DNA of 64,000 bases, taken from assembly GCF_009914755.1 (NCBI RefSeq), contig NC_060926.1; one strand, 5' to 3'. Shown in pieces: positions 41,880 through 54,639 of this stretch. Source of the DNA: the human T2T-CHM13v2.0 reference genome, Homo sapiens. Every line of letters starts with the position of its first letter. Within the stretch, counting starts at the first letter, position 1. The notes under the pieces are model-generated. The model was not told where the DNA came from. It ran no database searches and saw nothing but the letters and a program-made list of their open reading frames with translations. The translations under genes and the position numbers were made by a program.

Positions 41880-43120
41880 GAGGGGACAGGCCGGGCTCTG
41901 GGCAGGGCATTCTTCTGTCATGTCAGGGAGGCGGGAGCTGCTCTGACTGGTGGGCTTCCCGCCGTCCGCTCTGGGGCAGGGAATATCTCAGCTGGGGCTG
42001 TGAGGAGCTTATATCTGGTTATTGGGTGAAGGTTGAAATCACGTTAGCTGAAAGTGGCCATTGGGGCAGGCCTGAGACATGAAGAAGACTGAGAGCAGAC
42101 GGGAGCTCTGAGGAATGAGAACGCCAGGGAGGCTGGGGAAGCAACAGCAAGACTGACAAAACGGGGAGCTGCCCAGGACCACTGCTGGGCGTGCCCTGAT
42201 GTCTGTGAGGAGACTGTTTTGGACCTCCTGCGGGGGCCAGTTTAAAGGGCCCAAAATGTTCTAGAAGGCTCCTCTGAGGAAAGCCAGAGTTCTCTCACTT
42301 TGCACCTGTGTTGAGTCCTGGCTGCTGGGACTGGCCCCAAGCCTCCTCCTCCTCCTCCTCAGGAGGAAACATTGCTGGTTGGAGGGGAGATCTAGGCAGA
42401 AACAGTAGGAACCTACTGCCACCCCCCCCACCCCCCCCCCCCCCGCTACCACCCCGGCCCTGGCTGGCTCCTCACTTGCACTGATCAAGCACCTGCTGGG
42501 TTAGGGGGTTACAAAAAGTTGTGGGACAGGGCTGTTGGTTTGGCCTCTCATCTTCGTGGGAGGATCCTTACCCCTGGCCAAGGCAAGGGGCTCACACAGC
42601 CTCTCAGGAGGACTGTGGCCAAAGGACAAAACCAAACTCCTCCCCCGATATCAGGCTGTGAGCCAAAGGAGCCTTGAACTGTGGCAATGGCAACTACCAC
42701 CCAGAAGCAGTGCTGGTGGGGGGTGGGGGAGGGAGAGGCAGAGGGAAGCCGGTGGTGGTCTGACAGGCAGCGGGGCAGACAGGGGTTATTGAAGGGCATG
42801 GCCTGCCTCCACGATTACTCAAAAGCAAGCTGCACTTCTTACTGGCCCTTTAAGAACGGCGCCTACGTGATGAAATGCCAGGGCTGAGTGGAAGCCCAGA
42901 GAGTGTGACCAGAAGCCACTCCCTCTGTGCTGAGAGTCACGCAATCTATGGTCCATGCCCGCGAGTGACTGGGAGCTTGTTTGTGTGGGGGGCTGTTCCC
43001 GCAGCTGGAAGCCCCAGGTAATCCCAACCCCCTGCAACTCACAGATGATACTAAACTAAACAGCCCTGGCTGCCTCTGCCTCGGACCCCATGTTCTCTTT
43101 CCCTCTTCCTAGGTGTCAAA
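41880..43120. promoter_or_regulatory. Candidate GC-rich promoter/enhancer
   Basis: Repeat-free, GC-rich, with retained CpGs; C-run at 42421-42455; TTTAAGA ~42849; TACGTG 42864-42869; CACGCAA 42938-42944; donor-like CAG|GTAATC after 43017. Motif evidence only. Confidence 0.35.
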
Positions 43121-43136
43121 GGGCTTAGACTAGACG

Positions 43137-43370
43137 CGTGTTTCCCCAAATGCGCTTTTGGGTACCACTGGCAAAACACAAACCAAATTTAGGTAGTGGA
43201 TGGACAGGCTATTTTATATATTTATTTTAATGCTTATTAGAAAAAATTTAACTGGCACATCAAACTTATGATTTCATGGTTATTGGTACCTGGGATAAGA
43301 CTAAGTTTAGTTAGGTAAAAAAGGTAAGTCAAATTTAAAGAAAAAACAATCAGGTAAATATTAGTATGGT
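43137..43370 (+). mobile_element. hAT-Charlie element (MER113-like), interrupted by MER33
   Basis: gtaccactgg...tattagaaaaaatttaactggcacatcaaac...gatttcatgg; appears to resume near 43950. Confidence 0.55.
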
Positions 43371-43942
43371 CAACACTGTCCACTAGAAATACAATGGGAG
43401 ACAAAATGGGAGCCACATACATGATTTAAAATTTTCTGTGAGTCACAGGGAATAAAAAATAAGTAGCTGAAAGTGATTTTAATAACAGATGTTTTATTTA
43501 ACTTAGTATATCAAAAATGCCATTTCTACATGTAATCACTAGAAAAATTATTGAGAGATTTTATTGATTGACTTTTTTTTTTTTTCTGAGGGCCCACTGC
43601 AACCTCCGCCTCCCGGGTTCAAGTGATTCTCCTGCCTCAGCCTCCTGAATAGCTGGGATTACAGGCAGGCGCCATCATGCTCGGCTAATTTTTGTGTTTG
43701 TAGTAGAGATGGGGTTTCACCATGTTGGCCAGGCTGGTCTTGAACTCCTGAACCACCCACTTTGGCCTCCCAAAGTGCTGAGATTACAGGCATGAGCCAC
43801 TGCGCCCAGCCCTAATTGACTTTTTCTGGTAATAACTCATCAAAAGCTGGTGTGTGTTTTATGTCACATCTTGATATGGCCCAGGCATATTTCAAGGGCT
43901 CATGGCCACGTGTGGCTTGTGGCCACTGTGCTGGAAGTGTGG
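43371..43942 (+). mobile_element. MER33 (hAT-Charlie), split by an Alu
   Basis: cactgtccactagaaatacaatg...gagccacat; tggccacgtgtggcttgtggccactgtgctgga. Confidence 0.8.
43573..43811 (-). mobile_element. AluS with internal deletions
   Basis: About 50 bp missing next to the tail and ~11 bp missing in the left arm; attgacttttt on both sides. Confidence 0.9.
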
Positions 43943-44409
43943 AGACCTAGGCAGGCAGGGCAACACTGTGAAGGCAGAATATAAATTTAGGCAGCCCAGA
44001 GTCTTCCAGCTCTAACATCTGTGCTTCTGCCATATGCTCACTCTCTGCCTCACCCAGAATTGCTCCCTCACTCTCCAAATGGAGACCCAGTTTGCTGCCT
44101 ACACTCTATGCTTTCTTCACTTACCAAGCAACACACTTCATCAGTTGTCCACGAGAAATTTTATTATGTGGAAAGTTCGTATTGAATGTGTCTGCCAAAT
44201 CTTTTGCAAGAAATAAGTCAGAGAGAAGCTCCTTTTGAAAGCCAGAGAGAAATATCCCTTGGCTCATCCCTGCTGCTGCCTTAGTCATCAGCCAGTGGCA
44301 ACGTGCGTGGGTGTGTTCACCAGTGACAGATCGCCTTTCTCTAATTCATCTGGCAGGTGCACTGAGGGGATGGGACAGCTCTTCTTTAAGTCCCTTAGCA
44401 TCATTTGTT

Positions 44410-44547
44410 ATCAGTCTTTAATATTCATGAGGATCATCTGGGGAGCTTCTTAAAAATGCAAGGGCAATTATAAAATCATTGGATGGGGCATATGATTGTG
44501 ATTCTGGGAATGTGATTCTGATGTGAATGAAAATTTGAGAACCACTG
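44410..44547 (+). mobile_element. MER5-like fragment
   Basis: ggatcatctggggagcttcttaaaaatgca...tgattctgatg...tttgagaaccactg. Confidence 0.65.
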
Positions 44548-45649
44548 CCTGAAATGTTTTCCTAAAGTATGAAGGCTGGCGATGGCTTGTTGGAGAACTC
44601 CAAATTGGAATTTCATAGGCTTCATCATTTCAGATCTAATCATTAGAAGAGGAAGCCCAGACTGGTTCCACCCCATGGTCATGACTGAACTAATTGGAAA
44701 CTCTCTTGAATTTGCCACAAAGAACTGAGCACCAATTAAAAATTGCCTTGGAAGAAATACCTACTAAATTCTAGCCAAGCCAGGCATCAGCTCCCTGGGC
44801 CCTTAGTGACTATTATTTCCAAAAAGTGTTCTCACTCTGATCCATTTGTTCTCCCTGCCGTTTTATCCCCTGTAATATTCTCTGGAGACCAGTTGCTATT
44901 ATCTGAATGGAAGCATGAGTCATAAGTGGGAATGAGCTTGTCCTGGATCAGGTTTCCATGTGTGTGCTCAAGTGTGTGTGTGTGTGTGTGCATGTGTGTT
45001 ACATCACAAGGAAAATCGCTGGTACCTAGAATCATTGAGAAACCCATCCTCCCATTACAGTCTAAGAATGAAGCCCTTGGGACTTAAGGATTCAAGATGG
45101 TTGGGTAAAGTGAACTCAACTCATGTTAAGGAGGAGAACAGGAGGAGGATTCTGAGACCCAAAGGCAAGTCCAGGACCCGAGAGAAAACAATGGAAACCT
45201 TAAAGTAAAAGGGGAGAGAATTTAGATTTATTAAAGACATACTCTGGACCAGGCATTTAAAATTTGTTACTTTTTAATAACCCTGTAGACTAGATATTTT
45301 TGTCCCCTTTAACAGACTAAGATATTGAGGCCCAGAGTGGTAACTTGCCCGATATCAGCCAGAGGTAGGTAGGAGAGCTGGGGAAGGCTGATCCCAAAGC
45401 TGGTGTTTTTCTCTGAATGCCAAATACTCTCTCAAGATAGTGATTACTCAGCCTATTTCTGGGTTTGCCACTCCTTTTGTGAAAAAAGAATGCAAGATGA
45501 AGTATGCTGTGTCTTTGCTGAAGGCAGATCTTGTCACTATGTCCCTGGAGGAAACAGAATCATACTTGCTAGCATCAGTTCCCACGGTGCACTTGTGAAT
45601 GTGGGGCTCTAGTAGGGATCTTCAGCGTCATTAACCTGGTTTATGTACA

Positions 45650-45990
45650 TTGTACCAGCCAGGGAACCACCAGAGGCAGATGACACACTGAAAGGGATAA
45701 TGGAGGAGAGGTTTAATGAAAAGACAATCTACAGAGGTGTGGGTAGGGTTTGGGAACCAACAAGGGATGGAGAAACCTGCAAGAGAAGCTGTTATCATCC
45801 CAGATCTGAAGGGGCAAGCAGAAGGAGTGCTTTCTCAAAACTCAGGGAGAAGTGTAGCCCTGGGAGAGGGGCCCTTAGCTGGGGAGCTGTGGGCACAGGG
45901 AGAGGCAGGCAGCCACTGCCAACACAGCCAGAGGAGCAGAAGAGTCAGTACCCCACCTCCCCATTTCACCCTCTGATCTCGTGCCTCAGC
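45650..45990 (-). mobile_element. ERVL LTR fragment (LTR33/LTR41-like)
   Basis: tttaatgaaaagacaatctacagaggtgtgggtagggtt...aacaagggatgg, the reverse complement of the LTR33-type 3' end. Confidence 0.6.
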
Positions 45991-46283
45991 AAGTGGGGAA
46001 CAACCAACACATACCCCGAACCTGTGGAACAGTGCCTCTACTTGGTAAGGGCTAAGTGCTGGCCATTATTCCCATCATTATTCCCACAAAGTAACTGCCT
46101 GGTGCCTATCCGAGGCCATTTCTCCAGAAAATGAACAGAGAGCCCCCTCCTGTCTGCTGAAAACCAGAAGCAAATTGGTCTGGAGAAATGGAATTTGCTG
46201 CTTGAGCCTAGTATGGGTCCTCACCTGCCTAATTGGATATGACCTTATTCAAGTTATAAGGGAAACTCTTGTTTGATTGACTC

Positions 46284-46582
46284 TTTTTGTTTGTTTGTTT
46301 TTTTGTTTTTGAGACAGTCTTGCTCTGTCGCCTGGGCTGGAACTCAATGGCGCAATCTTGGCTCACTGCAACCTCCGCCTCCCGGGTTCAAACAATTCTC
46401 CCTGCCTCAGCCTCCGGAGTAGCTGGGATTACAGGCACCCACCACCATGTCCGGCTAATTTTTGTATTTTTTAGTAGAGATGGGGTTTCACCATGTTGGC
46501 CAGGCTGGTCTTGAACTCCTGACCTCGGGTGATCTGCCCACCTTGGCCTCCCAAAGAGCTGGGATTACAGGCGTGCCCGGCC
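46284..46582 (-). mobile_element. AluSx-like
   Basis: Dimer with (TTTG)n tail; TSD tgattgactc/tgattaactc. Confidence 0.95.
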
Positions 46583-46809
46583 TGATTAACTCCTGAATTA
46601 AATGACTCTGAATTAGACTATCTTTCCCCTAAGAAATGTGGAGACTGACCATGGATCAGGAGGATTTATGAGCTAATTGATCAAGAGATCAAGAAAGGAT
46701 TTGTGCTGAGTTTGCTGTGTGTGCCTTGTGACCGAGGGATGCAGCTGATTCAAACGGGAAGCACAGTGGGATGGGAAATGAGCCACCCTGCTAGTCATTA
46801 GGCACCCCC

Positions 46810-47290
46810 AGTGCCTTCCAGCTCCTGATCTATTCTTTCTCTTCCCCACCCTGCTCTGTGGCCAGTGGGGGCTGACACCTAAGGATTGCATCACTCAGCC
46901 ATCCTTGCCAGCTGGCTTCCAGTTGGGTTTAACAAATGGGGGAACCCAGCAGGAGATCTGAGGGTGGGAGGAAAGAGACATTGGCATATTTCTCTGTTCT
47001 GGGTCTCTGACATTAGCTGCGCCCCTCCATCACCTCAATTCCCACTGGCAGCCATCCTTCAGGACTCCAGCTTCAACTGGGCTCCAGTAACACTATTTCC
47101 TCCTGGTGTCCCTTCAGCCTTGGTGTGGCTGTCACTTCCCACTGGTGGTTGGTCCCCGGGTGCCTCACCATTCTTGTTCTGTTCCCTCAACCTGGCCCAC
47201 AACTCTATGAGGGATCCATTCATTAAAGGTTCTTCATTTGAACCATCTGTGATGCTTTGTGAGCTGCACCCTTCTGACCCTGACCTACTT
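46810..47290 (+). mobile_element. LTR33-like ERVL solo LTR
   Basis: ccaccctgctctgtg...tggcttccagttgggttt...cagcaggagatctgagggtggg...ttcattaaa...gaccctgac. Confidence 0.75.
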
Positions 47291-48897
47291 GTAGCCTCTT
47301 CTAATCAACTCATAGCAGATGCTCGACTGAGAATCTTGAATGAAATGGCTCTGTGGCATTTGGGTATCCCAGAGGACATGACCGATATTCTTATATAAAC
47401 ACGATGTTATTGTGTGTGTTGGGGGGTTGGGCAAATGCATGAATAAACTGGCTCTAAAACTTACTTTAAAGATAAAGGTATTCAATGATAGATTCCAATG
47501 CCAAGAGGAATTAGAAATGACCAATACTGTCATGCGTGACCTTGTTATTCAAGAGTCATCAGAAATGTAGTATATCTTTGTCACATTTTATCTTAAAAAG
47601 GTCAGAATAGTGAGAAATGACCCTCACACAGCTTGGGTTTGCAGAATAATTCCAGACACTTGTTTATGTTTCTAGAGTTTTATTAAATACAGTCTATTCT
47701 GAACTGACGGCTTCATCCTATTTTATACTTGCATGGTGTCAGATCAGGGAAAGGAGATCTCAGGGTCTTGGTTTCTTAGTCCCTCAAGATGCCATAACAC
47801 ACTTTTATGCTTGTCTCTCTAGACACTTCCTTGACTATTGTCCTTAGAAAAGGGAGCCAAAGGGAAAGTTGGCTTTGAAACTGTGGACCCATTGAGGTTA
47901 GAGTGGTTTCCTGTCCCCGTTAAGAAGACCATATCTGTCACACACATTGATAGATGCCTCTGCTTCTCAGAGTTTTTCCTGGTAAAAGGGCATGGAGATG
48001 TATGGGATTCCCACACCTCTGGTGTCCCCCGAGGAAATGAGTTAGTCCCAGAAAGCTCCAATATCTTTAATACGGGAGGCATATTTTAGCACACATGCCT
48101 TGAAGTCAGTCGGTCAATTTGGCTTTGTTTAACTTCCCTGAGAAGCAGTGCTATGGGAAAGACTGTTAAATGTTTCCAAAACATGTTTTGAAAAGAAGCC
48201 ACCAGAAGGAGAAACAGTTTGCCAAAAATAAGTCATTTACCCACTGCAGTGCTTTGGTTGTTGTTTGCTCTTAAGAAATGAAAACCCCAAACTCTCAGAC
48301 CAAAGTGTGGCCCATATTTGTTGGCCTGTTGACCTGAGGGGCTTTGTTTAGCAGAACCTATGGAGAGTTACTTAGGGCACTCAGGATCCACAGTGGAGAG
48401 TAATGGCGGGCCAGGGAATGACAGTGGCAGGCTGGGCTTCTGGGACATTGGCACTTGTTATTCTCCCTTCCTTTGGGCTCAGCTGCCCCAACCTCAATCT
48501 TGTTCTCTCCAGCTGCCAGCTGCAAACAACTGCCTTTGTTATTTAGGAAATAACTTGGACCATTTCCCGTTGACTCCAGTGTGTTTTGCTCTTGTCTACC
48601 TCTGCGATTTCAGGGTTCTGCCTCTATCCAAGCTGCTATTACTCCTGGTCTTGGCCACTTCTCATTGGCAACTCCTTGGTCTGTCCTTTTGGAAGTCAGC
48701 CTTCTGTTCTGACTTTAATCTGTGCTTGACCCCGAGGTGCAAAATCCTTGCTCCAGCCCTGGGTCTCTGGAACCTCACTATCTGGGCTCATTCCCACCCC
48801 CATGCATCCTTCTGCCTCCACTGAGTGTGTGTGTGTGTGGGCTGGGGAGGGATTAGACTCTGTTTTTGGCTCAAAACTATAACTGCTTCACCATGAT

Positions 48898-49795
48898 AAG
48901 GGATATGCAAATTGAAACAATGAAATACCATTCACATCTACCAGATTAGTAAAAATTAATTAAGTGTGATGACAACAGGGATGGTGAGATGTGGCCGTAA
49001 GGGAAGTCCCTGGTGGGAGTGTAAATTGGTACAGTCACTTTGGAGAACAATTTGGCAGTATCTATTGAAGTCAAAGATGCATTTCTGCTATGAAATAGCA
49101 ATTCTTCTCCTGGATAAACAGCCTGGAGAAACCATCATACAGGTATACAGATTTGTGTTTGTATGTACACATATAGATACACATATATACACACATGTAT
49201 ATGTATATGTGTACACACAACATGTGTACACACATGAAAGAGTGCTGATTACATAGCCCACAAGCTGTGGTTTATGGAATGTGGTAATGGAATTGAATAA
49301 TAGACTTCGTAGCAGTTAATAGAAACGTACTAGACCCAATTTCTATCAACATGTATAAACTTTAAAACAATGCTGAATGAAAAAGTTGGCTGTAAAAGGA
49401 CAGGTATGTGTTACATATACGTATATACATATATAGATGCAATTCAAATTAAAATGTAAACAATATAATTTTTATTAATACATTTATATTTATTAAAAAA
49501 TAAAAACACACATGGGAATGATACAAGCCAACTTCAGGTTAATAGTAACCTTTGGAGAAGGAGGGAAAGGATGAAGAAATAGAGCTTTAGTTGTATCTGG
49601 ATACTTTTCTTTGAAGGTGGGGGTGGATAGAAAGAAAGAGAGAGAGAGATCAATCTAAGAGAGAGAGAGAGAGAGGGAGATCAATCTAAGGCCAATATGG
49701 CAAAACATGTTTCATTCTGGTGATGGGCTTCTACAGATCTAGTATATTATTTTCTCTACATGTCAGTATGATTGAAATGTTTCATATTTACAAGT
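48898..49795 (+). mobile_element. Old L1ME/MC-type 3' region with embedded simple repeats
   Basis: atgcaaattgaaacaatgaaataccat...ggtgggagtgtaaattggtacagtcactttgg. Confidence 0.75.
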
Positions 49796-49859
49796 TTGAA
49801 ACAGTAAGAAAATGATTTCTTACTCCTATTTCTGTCTTGGGGAATTGATGCTAACTTGA

Positions 49860-50086
49860 AGATTCATAGACATGTACTTTCTGGTGGGGACAGGATCTTT
49901 GAGAACAACTGGTCAAACTTCATCTGGTTTCAGAATCTCTTCTATGGCCCTGTGTAAACACCTGCCCTGATGTGGATCTCTAACTACTGAGACTGCCCCC
50001 AGATGGGACTCTTGGGAAGTTATTGTTTACTTGAGTTGAAATCAGCCTCCTGCTGGCTTCAGGCCATTGGTCCCAGTTCTGTTCTG
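49860..50086 (-). mobile_element. L3/CR1 fragment
   Basis: ttgagttgaaatcagcctcctg...ccattggtcccagttctg resembles antisense L3. Confidence 0.55.
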
Positions 50087-50890
50087 CCATACTTCAGATT
50101 CTCACCATCTTGGAGCTGCTGGGAACCAGGGGCCCTGGGGTCATCCTTGCAAGGGAACTAGGGAAGAAAGAGGAAGCTGAGGGGCTGGAGCCAACCGTAA
50201 GGCGTTCCTCTTTGGGAAGGCTGGCTTGTGATGGGACTTGCCAGGACCAGCATGCTGAGAGGAGGAAGCCAGCTCTCAGGTCAAGATTCCGTTGATGTGG
50301 AACAAACTATAACCCTGCGCCGTTGCTTTCCCAGGCCTCACTTCCCCAAACAGGGGCACGTGAACAGCTGCAGTGGCCTGGTGGCAGCATGCTGGGATCC
50401 TTCAGGCCAGGCCAGCAAAAGGGTAAAATCTGGGCCAGTGGGTACCCTCATAGGGACTCTCCAGGCTGCCTTCCTCTTCCAGGTCTTCTGTGAAATTAGC
50501 TGGAAAAGGAGATCACATGCCTGATTCCCCTTTATCCCAGCAAGCCTGGAAAACAAAGTCCAGCCCCAGTCAAAAGCTTCCTCTGATTCTCTTGTGTCTT
50601 GTTAAAATGCAGCCAAACTCAAGGCCTCACTAACAGGTAGGAAAAAAAAAATTATAGGAATAGATAAGAACACATTACTCCATATTGCAAATAAAACAAT
50701 GACTCCCTTGATTTCCAGGACAGTCATCTCTGTACTTTTGGTGAACTGGGTTTTTTTCTTCCAAGCTACTCTTCTTGTAGGAGAAAATGGGAAAAGATTT
50801 GACATGCCCTCCACCTCCCTCCCCCCACTCCAAAATCATCTACCAGGTAAGGTCTGGAGTTAGTTCAATTTTAGGCTAATCTCTCTGTCT

Positions 50891-51290
<400 letters not shown>

Positions 51291-51385
51291 TAGGGAGATG
51301 GAGTGATGTTGCGGTGACTGTAAGCTTGAATGCTTGATGGTCCTTGTCTTGCCTGTTCTCTGGTTATAGGTTCAGTTTTGTAGAT

Positions 51386-51561
51386 CACTGGTTCTCAAAC
51401 TTTACTGCATACAAGGTCCCCTGGGAGCTTTATACAATGGGGGAAAGTCCCAAGTACACCTTAAACTAATTGAGCCAGAATCTTCAGGAGTGTATCCTTG
51501 GCACCTGCACTTTTTAAAACTCCCCAGGTGATTCTAAACAAGCCAAGTTTGAGAACCAGTG
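51386..51561 (+). mobile_element. MER5A MITE
   Basis: Perfect 16-bp TIRs cactggttctcaaact / agtttgagaaccagtg; ctccccaggtgattct. Confidence 0.88.
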
Positions 51562-52189
51562 CTATGCCTTGAAACATCAGGGAGGTGTTCTTAGGGCCTT
51601 GTGAAAAAGCAAACACCAAAGGTTTCATTATGTTAATATAACTTAAGAACTTAAAAAACTCAAGGGCTTGCTATTGGCCAAACACTGTGCCAAATGTTTT
51701 CTGTGGATTATCTAATGAAAACAACAAGTTGAGGTAGGTTATTTATTTCATAGAAGAGGAAACTGACCTTCAAATAAGTTAAGGAACTTGCTCAAGGTGA
51801 TGCAGCAGAAATGTGATTTGACAGGGCCCTCACTTCAGAGGCTGCATCTGACATTGATGATATTTACTACGGTGGAAAATTACTTTTTCTGTTTGACACA
51901 CACGTGCACACACACACACGTGTACACACACACAACTTAGGAATGTTTGTAATAATGTATTTCTAAAAAAGATCTTGCCCACCCATTTTTTTTTCAGTAG
52001 ATTACCAGAAATGTGAATTATCAGGGCACTACAATTCTTGAGTTTGCTAATTATTAGCTTTTCACTGAGTATCATATTGAAGCAAGTGCAGCATCAGCAT
52101 CTCCTGTTTGGATACAAAGGGTCAGTGATGAGAGCACTCACTAATTTTAAGAGACTTGGAAAGTTGATGAAATTTCTGATTTTTAAAGA

Positions 52190-52360
52190 CAGTGTAATGA
52201 TGTAATGGAAAGGATGGATGAGATCAGGTTTTCTTAGTTCTTCCACTTATGAGCTAGATAATTTTGAGCAAGTCACTTCCCCTTTCTGGGCTTCAGTTTC
52301 CTCATCTGAAAAATAAGGAAACCGAATCAAGGGTTTGTTAAAAGGCCTTTCACTCTAGAT
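52190..52360 (+). mobile_element. MIR
   Basis: ttgagcaagtcacttcccctttctgggcttcagtttcctcatctgaaaaat. Confidence 0.8.
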
Positions 52361-54240
52361 ATGATCCAAAAGATAAATATTATCATGGCAGCCTTAGTAT
52401 ATCTGACTCTGAAGTCTCAGCACCTGTTGTCATTGACCCGTTTATTCGTGCCTGAGTAGCATATTTATAGGACTGACTTCCTCAAGCTTATGGTTAGTGA
52501 TGTAACAGGGAACCAGTCTCCATTACACGATGGGCAAATCACTCAAGTAGCAACAGACGGTCCAGGAATGATTGGAAAAGGCACACTTTATTTTGTGATG
52601 AAAAATTTGTAGGTGGATTTTTAATTTCATATGGATGAAAGTGGAAATTCACAAAGTATATCCAAAGAAAGTCAACCTCGTGGCAGATTTCTGGATCCAG
52701 ACTGGCAGTGTGGGGCCTGTCACTGCCACAGCGTGGAGAGGCTTGCAGCCAGGTGGAGCTCGTGGGTGAGGCCAGCTGTCTGTCAGAGGCTGGCTTTCAC
52801 CCTCACGCATCTCAAGACCTGACTCAGGAGCTCTGCCTTGAGGTAAACATGATCCTAGCTGATTGACAATCCTGCTAACTTACAGTGAGGGATCTTCCTT
52901 CTTTTGGAAAGGAAGGTTTACAACTGCTGTCAGGGAAGAAGCCTCTGCCCCAGTGCAGGGACGGTGGATTGGAAGTGAAAAGGTGGCCAGGTGAGCACAG
53001 GGTCAGGACAAAGGCCAGAGAACAACCCTGGAGTTCCTCAGACTGTGTTGTGGATATTGACTGCCCAGTGACTTTTCCCACTGAGCACCCCAGTTCCCTT
53101 TTAGGGATCTTTCTCTCTCCCATCATGTTCAGGCTTTGGGAGATTGGTTGGTGCAATATGTACCCTCCTCTGTTAAAGGTTGAAGGCTCCTCCTAACAGA
53201 GCCTTCCTCTGAGAAGTAGGCATGTGACCTCAGCTTAACCCATCATACTCTCTCCCAGAACTTTGTGTCTTGAATGCTGGAAGTATGGTTGGAGTTTATT
53301 TATGCTGGGGAGAGCACCCAGGTGAAGCTGAGCAATAGCTTCTGTGACAAAGACCTTCAGGTTTTCATCTATTCTGAACCTGGTTTCCAGTCCCTGTATT
53401 GATCCTCTGTGGTTTTCCATACTACTCCATCCAACAGAGCATCCCCCTACCCGCTATTCCCAACTGTTTTCTTGAAATAGTCCAGAGTCAGTTGCTGAGT
53501 TTGCAGCCATAAACCTTGGCAGATGCAGGTCTCGGTTAGACCCTCACAGAGGGTACGCTCCCCTACTGCTGTGGCTTCTGTCCACCCAGTTGTCTCTCTT
53601 TCCCCTGGAAGTCATGGGTAAACACAGCCAACCTCTGATCCTGCGTTTTCACTTTTTCTGTGTGCTCACTCTCTGTTTCTACAGAACTTCTCCAGGCCGT
53701 ATACAAAACAGCTGATTTGTTCTCCATTGGTTAAATCCAATTTCATTTCAATCCTGTCACCTTGAAACGAATCTGAGTTGTTCCCAAATTCTTTGGGCAC
53801 ACACTCACAGAAACTCTTTTAGGCTATGATTTTCTTTCATTTAGTATAATAGCTAACTTCAGCCATTGTGCATGAGTTTTGCCAACCTAAATCTTCAAGA
53901 GCAACTAACTGCATTTCCAAGTTCTTGGAAGTCACCTCACTTCTATTCCTCATGTACCACTTAGATGTTTAAATCAATCTTGAAACGATTAATAGCCCTT
54001 TGGAAATTCTGTCTTCTATGATTCCCAACTGTGGGTAGCCTCCTTTCCTCAAGCTTGTGTTTTAACTCTTTATTATACTCTATCACCAGAATGACAAGGT
54101 GCTCTAGGGGATGCGAAAACATAAGAGGCAGGTTTCTTGCCTTTAAGAGTTGTAAATCTATTGGAGAGTTGAGATTTGTTCACATAAAATAATTATAGAA
54201 AACCTATGTCTTTGCCTTTGAGAAGCTCAATGGCTTATGA

Positions 54241-54395
54241 CAATGGTTTTCAAACTGTTTCAAAGTCCTAGTTGTGTGACACCCACAAGGGGATATCTAG
54301 GAGGTGGGGAGGTGAGGAGGGAACCCACCTGCTGTTCTTCTGCAGAATTTCCTTGAAACACAGCTCCAGGACTAATAAGGGTTTGAGAACCACAG
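54241..54395. mobile_element. hAT-Charlie-type MITE, family not assigned
   Basis: TIR-like caatggttttcaaac / gtttgagaaccacag. Confidence 0.5.
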
Positions 54396-54639
54396 GATCC
54401 AATCTTTTGCTGGTGTACAAGCTCTTTCCTGACCTCCCCTCTGACTACAGATCCAGACCCATGTCCTGCTGCCTGAAGCTCCAGGGGCCTCCTGGCTGTA
54501 CTGGGGCCTCCATGCTCCCCTGCCCTTCTACATGCAGCTGTCTCTGCTTTGTGTGCATCACATACCAACCATACCAAACCATGACTATAAACTCCTCGAA
54601 GGCACATATTGATTGAATTAAGGGCTGAATTTTGCAGTG

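Noticed and set aside
45643-47398. 163-aa and 170-aa ORFs
   Set aside because: Both lie largely within LTR33-like relics; no protein similarity that I recognise.
49636-49690. Duplicated (GA)n-tcaatctaag unit
   Set aside because: Ordinary slippage duplication beside a GA microsatellite in an old L1 tail.
53045-53530. Possible ancient ERVL-type LTR
   Set aside because: Resemblance too weak to assign a family or boundaries by eye.
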